This document shows, one piece after another, positions 50,314-62,700 of a stretch of 64,000 nucleotides of DNA. This stretch comes from Takakia lepidozioides (lineage: Eukaryota; Plantae; Bryophyta), in assembly GCA_030704615.1 (NCBI GenBank), contig CM060734.1, forward strand, positions 13,764,001 to 13,828,000, given 5' to 3'. The notes beneath the pieces were generated by a model. It ran no database searches, was not told the DNA's origin, and worked only from the letters and a program-made list of their open reading frames with translations. Numbering within the stretch: position 1 is the stretch's first letter; each line of letters starts with the position of its first letter. Made by a program: the position numbers and the translations under genes.

Positions 50314-52346
50314 AGAGGGAAGATATACATGTCATGTCAAGACATGGACAAGACCGCTAAGGTCATTGTCATTGAAAGACAAAACAGCCCTTTACAGGGC
50401 ACCATCTAACATTCCCTTTCATGTTTACAATCTCATTTGAATACCCAATTACATTTCAGGGTCTCTGAAAAAACAAGGCGGGAGGGTGGGATTCCAGGTC
50501 ATTCATATCATGAAAGCACCATAGTACACATCATCATCTCAAGAATCCATTTTAAACTCATTTCAAAAACCAGATTGCAGGTTTGGTTTGAAGATGATGT
50601 TTTAGAACCAAGATATAAGCAAGATTCTTAAAAAGGAAGAAGAAACAACAGTGTAGAGCCCCCTTAAGCAGGTATAGGCCTAGAATGGTATTTTAAGGCC
50701 ACATAAAGTAGTTCTGCCAAGGTGAAAGAGCAGCTCAGAAACCCCAGTTTGTTATCAAGCCATGAAACCAAAATGATATGAGGGCCTTGAAGAATGTGTG
50801 TTATCTATCAAAGCCTATCCTTTTGATCCATCAGAGTCATACCAAGAGTTCTCATTTCAGAGCCAAGTATCAAGGCAGTCAAAGTAATAACTGCTATTTT
50901 GTATCCTTGTATCCTTCATAGCTAAACTCCTACACATGCAAATGTGGTTGTAAAAAACCGTAAACAGGGGTAAGGAGAGAAGCAGATCCTCATTGGAGCA
51001 ATCTTGGAGCAGGTCTGAAGCGGCATGGTGGCAGTTTGAAACAGCAGATGGCATCAGCAGCTTAGGCAGCAGCAGTATCCACACTTGCAAGAACAGGAAC
51101 TGCAAGCTTCAAGAAATCAAGACAAGTGAAGACCCTCACCTGTGCCCGTCCCAAAAACCACCACATAGCGATGTGTGTTAGTGAGGATGCAGCAGGTAAG
51201 TGGCAGGTCTTCACAGTTGCTATCCATGTCAGTGTTGAATTCTAAAGCAAGTACAGATCACAATTCAAGCAATGGTAAACTCAAAAAACCTTGAGTGTTT
51301 GTGGTATGCCCTGCGCCATGGCGTCCAACAGATTGTCTCCAACAGAACGCAATCAGAGTAGAAGCGTTCACAGCTAGAGAGTGGCTCATACACGAAGAGA
51401 GAGCAACAAGTAATCTGTAGATAAATAGGGATAGAGTACTTCCCAACAAGGAGTAAAAGCGCCGCTGCAAAATAAAGAACCATGAGTTCCTGATCAGAGC
51501 AATCACGGCTTTGTCGTCTGCCATAGAAGAATCTGTTTAACCACCACTGCGCATCCCAAGAGCCAGCAATCACGAGTACCATGTAGCAGCAGGGGAGCAG
51601 GTTTATACGGCGCATCATCAAGGTTCACTGAAGCACGAGTTCAGTGCTTGAAGTGTGTCGGCCTGCTTAGGGCAAAACTTCCCGATTTTTCATCCAGGAT
51701 GGATGAAATATCACATTTTACCAAGAGAGGCATTTTGTCACTGGATGACATCCCATAGAAATGTATCTTTTAGGGTTATGGTATAGGTTTAGGTTTAATA
51801 ACTGCCATCATTTATGATGGTAGTTTTATTATTCTCTTGGATTTTATAATAGGTAACCATTATTTATGTAGATCATCCAGTTTAGATGAAAAAAATAGAT
51901 GGTAACTCTAGCTTTCTGTATATTAAGTTTCATCATCCAATAAAATAAAATCATCCAGATTTGGATGAAAAGGCAGGGATGAAAAACTAAATAACCTCAA
52001 AAGGTTAAGGCCAGATGAAATCCAAAGATTTATAGAGGGAGAGGGAGAGAGGGAGAGAGAGGGACCCACCAGCCAATCCCCTGGCATGGCAGAACCTTAC
52101 GGAGTAAGTGTGGTATGCACTCACCCCGTAAGGGAGTGCATACCAGACCTCTTCTCATAAGGTTTTCCCTCTTCCATGTAGTTCTATCCTCAGATAATAT
52201 TTATCCAAAGGAGTAGAATCCTACATCCTCACTTCCTCGGATCAAGAATGAAATGATGGCATAAAATGTATCATAGCAACACTAGTATAGTATCACTTAG
52301 AAAAGAACGTAGAGTTCAATGGTATAACATAGCTCTGTATAGGTTT

Positions 52347-54766
52347 TTAGAAAGTACCTTTCAGTTTCTCAATAAGCTCTTGTACAGGGAAGAGCAGGCC
52401 AGGGAATGAACCACGTTCAAGGAATTTTGTCAAGATACGAGCAAGTTTTCTGGTCTTGAAACCATTCCTCCCAAGAGTGTTAATCAGAATGCTACACTCC
52501 TTCCCAGCCAGATCAGCATTGCTGGAAATGTATAGAATAGGCACAGCTTGTGAAATCACAATGTTGTAAGATTGATTCACAGGCCTATTGGATAAGAACT
52601 GGATATATTGAGTGTAAGAGAAAGGAAGTAGTCTTCTCTTGTCATATTTCTGGAAATGGAACTCACCTGTGTCACAGTTTGAGACTGTAATCTGGATATT
52701 CATGAAACAAGCTTCCAACCCCACGTATTGGGAATCGTTTTTAGTGCGTAGTAGCTCAGGTTTGATCTCCACTACATTGAGTGGGTAGATCCACCAAGGG
52801 TTGTTGCTGCTTCTGTCTGGGTCCAGGAATAGCATTGCATCACCCACATTTAGCCAGCATATATCATCAATGTATCTGAAGGCAGATTAAACATAGGCAT
52901 AAGCTGGAATTGTCCTAAAGCTGCAAGCCTTAAGATGAATTTGATTTCATAAGAAAGGAAGTACATGTTGCACCATAATGGTGAGCATGAAAAACCCATA
53001 GGTATTCCAGAAATCTGCTGCCATACACGGTCCCCTAAGGCGACAAAACAGTGTGACATAAGCCATTTGTGGAGCATAAGTAGTTTGACTTCAGAAAGTT
53101 CAATCCAGGTACCTGATTTTGGGGAAGACGTGCCCCATCTACTTTTTCCGAAAGTACCGTTTTTGGCTGGAATCCATAGAGTATGACGTGCTCGGGGGTG
53201 AGACCGATGGTGTTGCTGGAATGCAATCTTCACCACGTATTCAATGGCGTCCCCTAAGTTATCCTGTCCTGTCAAAGGTATGTTCTCATAGCATTGTGTA
53301 ATGTCAGCAACAAAGATGTTATGGACTTTTTCAGGCAGGTTTAGTGTAAAGTCAGTGATGGAATCAATAATCCAATACATAGCAGTAGATACTTTGAAAA
53401 ATTGCTCATAAGTATCCAGCCTTGTCTTGGCCCATTCTTTTACCAATGGTAGAAGATCCATGGTAGCCCTTGTAAGAAGGCTAGCAAGTTCACTGAAAAC
53501 ACATTTATGGGCATTGGTAATCCATCTGTATTTTTTCTTATGTAGCTTGTAGATTCCCATAATGTAAGGTAATCTACAGGAGGGAGCAGGTATCTCCGGA
53601 ATCAGACTCTGTATTTCCACGGAAATGTTTCCTAGAACAAGGTCAGGTGGCAGCCATACCTCAGCTTGCTTGCATGGTGTAAAGTCTTTACCCATCAATC
53701 TGTGGAAGGCTTGAGTTCTTATGTGCTTCACACACATAAAACATACGTTGTTGTTAGCCTTGTCAAGACCAGAAAAATACAGGTGATTGAGAAGCCATGA
53801 AAGTTCATCTTTTGCCTCTTTTACAGTAAGAGGATTGCGCTCATGGTGAGTGAAGTCGTACCTTCCTTTGCCGGCTTTTTGTTTCAATCTATCCCAGCAT
53901 GTGTTTTTTACCCATTGGCTGCAGGATGCTGCCCAAGATTCACATGGGTCTATATGTAAAATTTCACAGGTTCTATGGAAAGCCAGAGACACTTGTTCAA
54001 CAACGTCTTTCAGCAAAGTACGTTTGAGAGGGATGTGATTCATACCTAGGCTGAATAGTTCTTTCAGCCTTGCGTGTCTAATAATATTTAGGTCCATGGT
54101 ACGTACGTGTTGCGTAGGTGTAGAACCAGATAGATGGAATTCTGTTTTTGTATCCGCATCCCGAAAATCATGAAACCTCTTGGCACTGTCACATAGACAA
54201 TCTGGTGAGTGAATCAGGTCTTGCATAAAGCAAAAATCACGGAAAACAGCAGCAGGCTGATAGTATTCAGAGTTGCTTTGTTTATGATATGTCCATCCAA
54301 AGACTATCTCATCGATGAGAATAGCCAAGTCATTTTGTCCAAATTCCAAAAAAACTTCTTTTATCAAGTTCCTAGGGTTTATCCACTCCATACCACGGTT
54401 TGGGTACAACATATGAATGAATCCCAAGGGAGCAGGTTTTGCTGCCTGTTTTATGAATTTCCTGCCATGGGCATGAGTTTCAATTTGTCTACAACCATCC
54501 TCAAGACCAAACAACGCATCTGCACATGCAAAGTAGAGGAACATACCAAAAATGAGATTTTTAAAGATCTGTCCATGATCCAAAATCTCGTTTGCGTATT
54601 GGGGAGAACTCGTCAGTGATACGACGAGTCTTGTATGACTCCTGGCTGGCGATGTTGATGGTGGTACTGGAATTAGCACCCGAACCCCCAAGTGATGACC
54701 GATTCGTTGCTCCTCTTTGGTAGAGACCTCTTCCACGACCAAGGGTACCTCTGCCTCGAGTGGCAT
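52347..54766 (-). CDS. Penelope-like reverse transcriptase (Naiad/Chlamys-type), one frameshift at ~52885, no GIY-YIG seen
   Basis: CLC...HVRTMDLNII; DKANNNVCFMC; LPYIMGIYKLHKKKYRWI; ADITQCYENIP; QISGIPMGFSCSPLWCN; AFRYIDDICWLN (restored by one base); YDKRR. True start uncertain. Confidence 0.9.
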
Positions 54767-56114
54767 TGTTCTTGCCTTGTTGAGGAGGCGTCTGCCCCTC
54801 CATACGCTGCCGTTTGTAGCTGTTGAATTGTGGCCTGGGAAGGCTGTCTGAAAAAGACCCAGGTTTCACAAGTTTCTCAATGTATCTGGCCCCCTTGGAT
54901 TCTCCTAACTTCCCAAGCAACTTGGCTTGGGGGTCAATTGAGAATTCACAAGCTGCTTCCATTATGAAGCCCCGGGTCATCTGGAAGGTAATTTGTGCAA
55001 GAACGGCAGATCTGGCAACCAGAAAGCTGTAATACTTGGTTTGCACCGAAGGATAGGCATCATCAGGGAAGAACACAATCAGATTGTTCAGCATATACCA
55101 TACCATATGGTCAAACCAAGCAACACTCCCAATGCAAGAAGAGGGTGCCCCTCCTTGTCCACAGTTACATCTTATGTAGGGACGATGCCAGTTGAAGAGT
55201 TGACTCTTGTGATTTTTGGATCTGGCCGAACCAGTCGGCAAGTCATTTTTGGTCCTCAGGGTAAGGTTCTCACCTTTGTCACAGAGCTTGTAGTAGAAGG
55301 TCCTTAGTGGCCATGCCACAGCAATAGGTTCCTTTTTTATTCTCTGAAAACCCTCCTTAGCATCCTGTGCACACCTACTGCGTTCAATAGGAGTTATGTT
55401 GCCCCATTTGACCCACATTTCAATAGAAATGGGTGCCAATAAATTGATATTAGCATGTGGGTGCCACATCATGTGATCGTTATTGGCAACCTCTAATTCA
55501 ACTGCACGGGGAGGCAACCAAGGGACAAATTGCAGATTTCCAGGAGTGGCACCTGCTGCCATTTCTTGTTCCACTTGTGAGATTTCTACTTGTTCACAGA
55601 ATTCTCTCACTGCCTCTTTTTCTTCATCCGGTAAAATCATGTGCCCAAGGATTGGGTGATTACTTACAGAAGGGATGAAGTCTTTTTCAGATGTGTTTGT
55701 AGATTTCTGCGTGGAGACAGTCTGGTCATCTTCTGGGTTCGCCATTCTAAGAGCTGCCTCAATGGCTGATCCCTTCTTTTCCCATTGTATCAGCTCCTCG
55801 GCATCATCTTCCAGTACCTCAATCATTTTAGTATTGAATTCCTGGAGCTTCTCCAGGTACCTGCCATTCTTATTTGCCATGATGCCAAGTGCAACCCAAT
55901 TTTCCAAAGCCAAGGTTTCAAGTAATAACACGGGGTTTTCATCACCTGAATTTTCCACGGCCTCAGTATCCATCTTTTGCAATGCAGCATGGAAGTCACT
56001 TGGTGTGACTTGTGCGAGGGTTGCCTGCACAGCAGGAATTGGAGGAGGTAGTGGGGACTGATACCCCAGGGCTATGAGGTCCTCATTCCAGCTAGGACCT
56101 CCTTTGGTGACTTT
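54561..56114 (-). CDS. ORF1 of the Penelope-like element, unknown function
   Basis: Uninterrupted frame of >500 codons; acidic helical N-half, CNC-x8-C-x8-H, RG-rich tail; overlaps the RT frame. Confidence 0.75.
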   Translation of the reverse strand, partial: KVTKGGPSWNEDLIALGYQSPLPPPIPAVQATLAQVTPSDFHAALQKMDTEAVENSGDENPVLLLETLALENWVALGIMANKNGRYLEKLQEFNTKMIEVLEDDAEELIQWEKKGSAIEAALRMANPEDDQTVSTQKSTNTSEKDFIPSVSNHPILGHMILPDEEKEAVREFCEQVEISQVEQEMAAGATPGNLQFVPWLPPRAVELEVANNDHMMWHPHANINLLAPISIEMWVKWGNITPIERSRCAQDAKEGFQRIKKEPIAVAWPLRTFYYKLCDKGENLTLRTKNDLPTGSARSKNHKSQLFNWHRPYIRCNCGQGGAPSSCIGSVAWFDHMVWYMLNNLIVFFPDDAYPSVQTKYYSFLVARSAVLAQITFQMTRGFIMEAACEFSIDPQAKLLGKLGESKGARYIEKLVKPGSFSDSLPRPQFNSYKRQRMEGQTPPQQGKNNATRGRGTLGRGRGLYQRGATNRSSLGGSGANSSTTINIASQESYKTRRITDEFSPIRKRDFGSWTDL

Positions 56115-58616
56115 CTGTCAAAGCCCCCCGAGAACATTTGTCAATATAACAAAATGAGAAGGTGAAAAGGAGAAAGGTAAGGGTAGATGGTGTGTACAAA
56201 AACCACTAAGTACACTGATCAAATAAAGAGAGGGAAGATATACATGTCATGCCAAGACATGGACAAGACCGCTAAGGTCATTGTCATTGAAAGACAAAAC
56301 AACCCTTTACAGGGCACCATCTATCATTCTCTTTCATGTTTACAATCTCATTTGAATACCCAATTACATTTCAGGGTCTCTGAAAAAACAAGGCGGGAGG
56401 GTGGGATTCCAGGTCATTCATATCATGAAAGCACCATAGTACACATCATCATCTCAAGAATCCATTTTAAACTCATTTCAAAAACCAGATTGCAGGTTTG
56501 GTTTGAAGATGATGTTTTAGAACCAAGATATAAGCAAGATTCTTAAAAAGGAAGAAGAAACAATAGTGTAGAGCCCCCTTAAGCAGGTATAGGCCTAGAA
56601 TGGTATTTTAAGGCCACATAAAGTAGTTCTGCCAAGGTGAAAGAGCAGCTCAGAAACCCCAGTTTGTTATCAAGCCATGAAACCAAAATGATATGAGGGC
56701 CTTGAAGAATGTGTGTTATCTATCAAAGCCTATCCTTTTGATCCATCAAAGTCATACCAAGAGTTCTCATTTCAGAGCCAAGTATCAAGGCAGTCAAAGT
56801 AATAACTGCTATTTTGTATCCTTGTATCCTTCATAGCTAAACTCCTACACATGCAAATGTGGTTGTAAAAAACCGTAAACAGGGGTAAGGAGAGAAGCAG
56901 ATCCTCATTGGAGCAATCTTGGAGCAGGTTTGAAGCGGCATGGTGGCAGTTTGAAACAGCAGATGGCATCAGCAGCTTAGGCAGCAGCATTATCCACACT
57001 TGCAAGAACATGAACTGCAAGCTTCAAGAAATCAAGACAAGTGAAGACCCTCACCTGTGCCCGTCCCAAAAACCACCACATAGCGATGTGTGTTAGTGAG
57101 GATGCAGCAGGTAAGTGGCAGGTTTTCACAGTTGCTATCCATGTCAGTGTTGAATTCTAAAGCAAGTACAGATCACAATTCAAGCAATGGTAAACTCAAA
57201 AAACCTCGAGTGTTTGTGGTATGCCCTGCGCCATGGCGTCCAACAGATTGTCTCCAACAGAACGCAATCAGAGTAGAAGCGTTCATAGCTAGAGAGTGGC
57301 TCATACACGAAGAGAGAGCAACAAGTAATCTGTAGATAAATAGGGATTGAGTACTTCCCAATAAGGAGTAAAAGCGCCGCTGCAAAATAAAGAACCATGA
57401 GTTCCTGATCAGAGCAATCACGGCTTTGTCGTTTGCCATAGAAGAATCTGTTTAACCACCACTGCGCATCCCAAGAGCCAGCAATCACGAGTACCATGTA
57501 GCAGCAGGGGAGCAGGTTTATACGGTGCATCATCAAGGTTCACTGAAGCACGAGTTCAGTGCTTGAAGTGTGTCGGCCTGCTTAGGGCAAAACTTCCCGA
57601 TTTTTCATCCAGGATGGATGAAATATCACATTTTACCAAGATAGGCATTTTGTCACTGGATGACATCCCATAGAAATGTATCTTTTAGGGTTATGGTATA
57701 GGTTTAGGTTTAATAACTGCCATCATTTATGATGGTAGTTTTATTATTCTCTTGGATTTTATAATAGGTAACCATTATTCATGTAGATCATCCAGTTTAG
57801 ATGAAAAAAATAGATGGTAACTATAGCTTTCTGTATATTAAGTTTCATCATCCAATAAAATAAAATCATCCAGATTTGGATGAAAAAGGCAGGGATGAAA
57901 ATCTAAATAACCTCAAAAGGTTAAGGCTATATGAAATCCAAAGATTTATAGAGGGAGAGGGAGAGAGGGAGAGAAAGGGAGAGATGAGGGGAAAAAAGAA
58001 AAAAAAAAGAAAAAAAGTGGTGAGGGGGGGGGACAGCTGTCCCCCCAGTTTTTATTTTTCTTATTTTCCCCTCATCACTCACTCTCTTTCCCTCTCTCCC
58101 TCTCTCTCCACATCGTGATGGGAGAGAGAGGGAGAGAGGGAGAGAGGAATAGAGGCAGTGAGGGAGAGAGGGGGAGAGAGGGACTGTTGAGGGGGGGGTG
58201 GGGGGCAGCTGCTCTAGTCACTTCCCCACCCTCCCACCGTTTTTTTTTTTTTTTCCCCCCCTCAACAATCCCTCTCTCTGCACATCCTGATGGGACAGAG
58301 GGACAGAGGGAGAGAGAGGGAGAGATGAGGGAAAAGAGGGACAGAGGGAGAGAGTGAGAGAGATGTGGGAAGAAAAATAAAAAAGAAGGTTTGGGGGGGC
58401 GGAGTGTGTCAACCATTAATGCACCCCATTAACAATTGCATACTTAATTTAAGGTTCGTGTTAGACAGAGCCAGCTTAGGTCCCGAAGGCGCCGCCTAGC
58501 TCCAAGGGTGCTGCTCGTGTGGATTATAATTTTATATGTTATAAGTGTTTGCGTTTGTAATTTGTAACCAACAGTTAGTACTAACTCATTGACGTATTTA
58601 CGAAAACAATAAGTCA

Positions 58617-59720
58617 CAGCAGCAGCGGCGCCACAATTGATAAAATCAGACACTGCTAATGAGGGCACCTTCTTCAACACATTTCACCCTGTTTTTTCCT
58701 CTTATTACAATCCTTCTTTGTCCATGTTGAATTCTGTAAGTTAGCTGGTTGAGTGAACCTTTGATAGTTTGGAGTGACTTTGACATGATACTGCCAAAGT
58801 GACAACAGTAAATTATCCAGAAACAGGTAACAGAGATGATGAGAAGCTGTGGAATGAGTACTTTTCTGACCCTAGTCAATGGTGGGACAACCGAGGCAAA
58901 AAGGTAAATGCCTGTATAATTACAGAGAGTAGCAGACGCAATTCAACATAGGAATGAGTGTGATATAAGCTGAGTTGGGTGTTTCCTAGAACAAATGTAG
59001 GCTGTCATTGTCAGCTGCTAGCAGCAAGGCAAGGATGTATGCATGATTTGTGCAGAGGCATATGGAAGGATAGTTACAACAAACCTGCATGGGAAGATGG
59101 TCAACTGGAAGCCGCAACAGCAGCGGGATATTTGATAAAATTGGCATTGCTAATGAAGGCACCTTCTTCAACACATTTCATCCTGTTTTTCCCTCTTATC
59201 AGAACCGGCCCTAAATTTCCATGTTGAATTCTTCAAGTTAGCTGGTTGAGTGAGTATAGTTTGGAGTGACTTTGACATGATACTGCCAATGTGACAACAG
59301 GAAAGTATCGGAAAATAGGTAACAGAGGCGAGGAGAAGCTGGGGAATGAACACGTTTTTGACCCCAGTCAACGGTGGGACAATCGAGACCAGAAGGTGAA
59401 TGCCTGTTAGATTACAGAGAGTAGCCGACACAATTCAGCATATGAACTAGAGTGATAAGCTAAGTTGGGTGTTTCCTAGAACAACTCTATGTTGTCTTTG
59501 TCATCTGCTAGCAACAAGTGCAAGGATGAATGCATGATTTGTGCAGACGCATGGATAGCTGAAGGAGCGGGGATAGAGTGTAGGTCCAGATTCATCCAAG
59601 AGGGCTGGATTTCAAGCTCCAGATTACCTATGATTCCATGTGGAAGGGAAACCTGCATGGGTACATGGTCAACTGGAAGCCACAGCAGCAGCGGTACAAT
59701 TCATAAAATCAGTCACTGCT
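58617..59720 (+). pseudogene. Tandem ~0.5-kb units with an OSB/PDF-like WWDNR exon
   Basis: EKLWNEYFSDPSQWWDNRGKK|GTAAAT and EKLGNEHVFDPSQRWDNRDQK|GTGAAT; a third unit starts at ~59680 and is cut at 59721. Confidence 0.6.
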
Positions 59721-62700
59721 AATTGAGGGTTCTTTCATTGGCCTCTTCTTCCGGTCACCAGAGCTTATATATAAACTAAAAGGTAAAACTCTACATTTTG
59801 ATGTATGTGTTGATGTACCTTCGTTTGTGTCACAACTTGCCAACTTGGAACATGCCAATGGCACAAAAATTCATTGCCTAAACCTACCCCCATTGGTTTT
59901 GTACACATGTGGTACCCAAAAATATGGGCTAGGTAAACACTAAAGGGTTGATAAAAGTTTCTTTCCTGTTTGTTGCTTCATGAATTTCGGAGTTAAGATC
60001 CCTTCATTGGCCTCATCTTTCCATTATCAGAGCTTATGTGTAGCTAAAAGGTAAAACTCTACATTCTGATGTAAGTGTTGATGTACCTTTGTTTGTCACG
60101 GCTTGTTTTGTTTGTTGACCTTGGAGAGTTGAGATTGTAGGCATGTTTATTTCTATGGTTCCTTTGTAACCAGAAGTAAAAGCTACAAAGAAGAGGGAGG
60201 TCATTTATGTGATGGGGTCTGGTATGCACTCCCTTACGGGGTGAGTGCATACCACACTCACTCCATAAGGAGCTGCCATACCAGGGGATGGTTGGTGGGT
60301 TCCATCTCTCTCCCTCCCTCCATGGATCTGGCTGGTTCTCTTAAAACTTGATAGTTTAAGACTGGTGGTATGTTACCTAACCCCTAATTAACCTTCTTGG
60401 AATTTGGTTAATTTCGGTTATTTACATTACCCGGATTTTTGGTATAAGGTCGGGATCCTAATGGAGCCATCATATTATTTAATTTTTTCATCCATAAATG
60501 GATGTCATCCTCAGAGGATGACACGGATGAAAAATCGATAGACAATTTACCTATTTTCCAAAATGGTAAGACATTGGTAGATGTGAACAGAATGATTCAG
60601 GCATTGTATTCAAGTTGCTTTAGGATAAATAATACCAAAGTAACCTGATGGGACGAGCAATTCAGATTCTTTGTGTTTCCTATGGATGATTGCATGGCAT
60701 GTAAATCTGATTACAGCCTGTTATGGTAATGATTTCCCTACCCCGGACATAGAACTTGGTCTTGGGGCATGGAATAAGAGGTGGGAATATTACTCTACCC
60801 TGTCATTGAAATTACACACCAGCCCCAGATCTAAAACAGATCATGGGGCAAAAAACATGGTGTCAATAAGTGACTTGATGTGCAAAGTAGGGCAGCTGAT
60901 TATAACCCGTTGTATAAGCTGCCAAATATCAGTCCGTAACCCTGCTTTGGTGATGTTCTTTATGTAAAGAAATGCTCTTATTTTGTTCTTAAGCCTTCTA
61001 TGATCATGAATGGCTTCTTTAAGACAAACAGACATTTCCAGCCATGAACAGTGATCAATGGATCTTTAATATGACATGGATACTTACTGCTCAGTCACTT
61101 TGGTATGTCCAATGATACAAAGAACCCAAAACTATACTAGTTTTTGGGCCAACAATAAATGAGGATGGTTGGTTATGCCTTGGTATGTAAGCTGACCAAA
61201 AAATACAGACTTAATGACATGGCATGTCATGAATGGCACTTTTTAGCATGCTGAACAATGGTTTCCTACTACGAACAGTGGTAATCGAGTCTCTAATTTT
61301 TCCCACCCCCCCCACCCAGAGACTTCATTGACTTTGAAGTCTGGGATTTGTCATAAAGCTGACTTGTGAATGAAGAATGGTTGATAATGCCTTGTTATGA
61401 GGCTGATTTGTCGTTAATTTTACAATGACCTTGTCAGGTCTTTGTCCATGTCTCGACAAGACATAAGTATCTTCCCTCTCTGATTTAGACCAGTGTACTT
61501 GGTGGTTCTTGTACACATTATCAACCAATCTCCCTTCTGTGTTTGATTTACTAACACCTTGGTCTGAGCATGACAAAAGGTTATCAAATATGTTCCTGAT
61601 TGAAGTGATGAACCCAAGGCAATGGGAAGGCCAAAGCCATGAGATATCAGCCTCCTCTACCGCCATGACCATGGTGTGGAGCAAGCAAGTCCTTCATAAG
61701 GTAAGATCTTCTCCAGCAAAAATATGTTGGCTAATTGGGCATGGAGAGTAAGGCATCCTTGAAGGTACCTGAGATAAGCATAGAACATCTATAGGGCTTC
61801 TGAATGCTGAAATTTTGAGCTAGGCCTTGGTACGACAGCCTGCTGGAGTAGACGTGTACACCTTATACATGATCCGGTTAGTGCACATTACTCTTGTTTG
61901 CCGGTCCCATGTAGCCGATGCCTTATGTCAGATTTAGATACCTTATGATACGAATGAGTTCCTTTTCTTTGGCTCAAATGTTTCTATGTTTCTCTTGGTT
62001 ATGGCTTTGCTCTTTATAGCACCATAAAAAATACCCAATTCTGATATGCTGCTGGTAGATGTTTTGTCTGAATACCAGGTGGTAAACCCCTGCCAGACTT
62101 CATTACCTAAGTCCCAATACCTGCCCCCTTTGGTTTTGTACACATGTTTTACCCAAAACAAGGGGTGGGTAAACACTAAAAGTTTGATATAAGATTCTTT
62201 CCTGATTGTTACTTTATGACCTTGGGAATTGAGGGTTCTTTCACTGGCCTCTTCTTCCGGTCACCAGAGCTTATATATAAACTAAAAGGTAAAACTCTAC
62301 ATTTTGATGTATGTGTTGATGTACCTTCGTTTGTGTCACAACTTGCCAACTTGGAACATGCCAATGGCACAAAAATTCATTGCCTAAACCTACCCCCATT
62401 GGTTTTGTACACATGTGGTACCCAAAAATATGGGCTAGGTAAACACTAAAGGGTTGATAAAAGTTTCTTTCCTGTTTGTTGCTTCATGAATTTCGGAGTT
62501 AAGGTCCCTTCATTGGCCTCATCTTTCCATTATCAGAGCTTATGTGTAGCTAAAAGGTAAAACTCTACATTCTGATGTAAGTGTTGATGTACCTTTGTTT
62601 GTCACGGCTTGTTTTGTTTGTTGACCTTGGAGAGTTGAGATTGTAGGCATGTTTATTTCTATGGTTCCTTTGTAACCAGAAGTAAAAGCTACAAAGAAGA

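Larger units (their letters stand above)
50314..57974 (-). mobile_element. Penelope-like retroelement: U - ORF1 - RT - U
   Basis: Near-identical ~1.74-kb direct repeats (50314-52058, 56229-57974; offset ~5915) enclosing two ORFs; both flanks are the GA-rich array; no TG..CA ends or TSD. Confidence 0.88.

Noticed and set aside
49304-50360. ER/LS-rich ORFs (also 57876-58416)
   Set aside because: Microsatellite translations.
50437-51621. Short ORFs recurring in each U copy
   Set aside because: Recurrence reflects DNA identity; frames break in diverged copies; no motifs.
50314-52150. Hammerhead ribozyme or telomeric repeats in the PLE repeat
   Set aside because: No canonical core found by eye; only single TTTAGGG words. 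A formal Infernal search is still needed.
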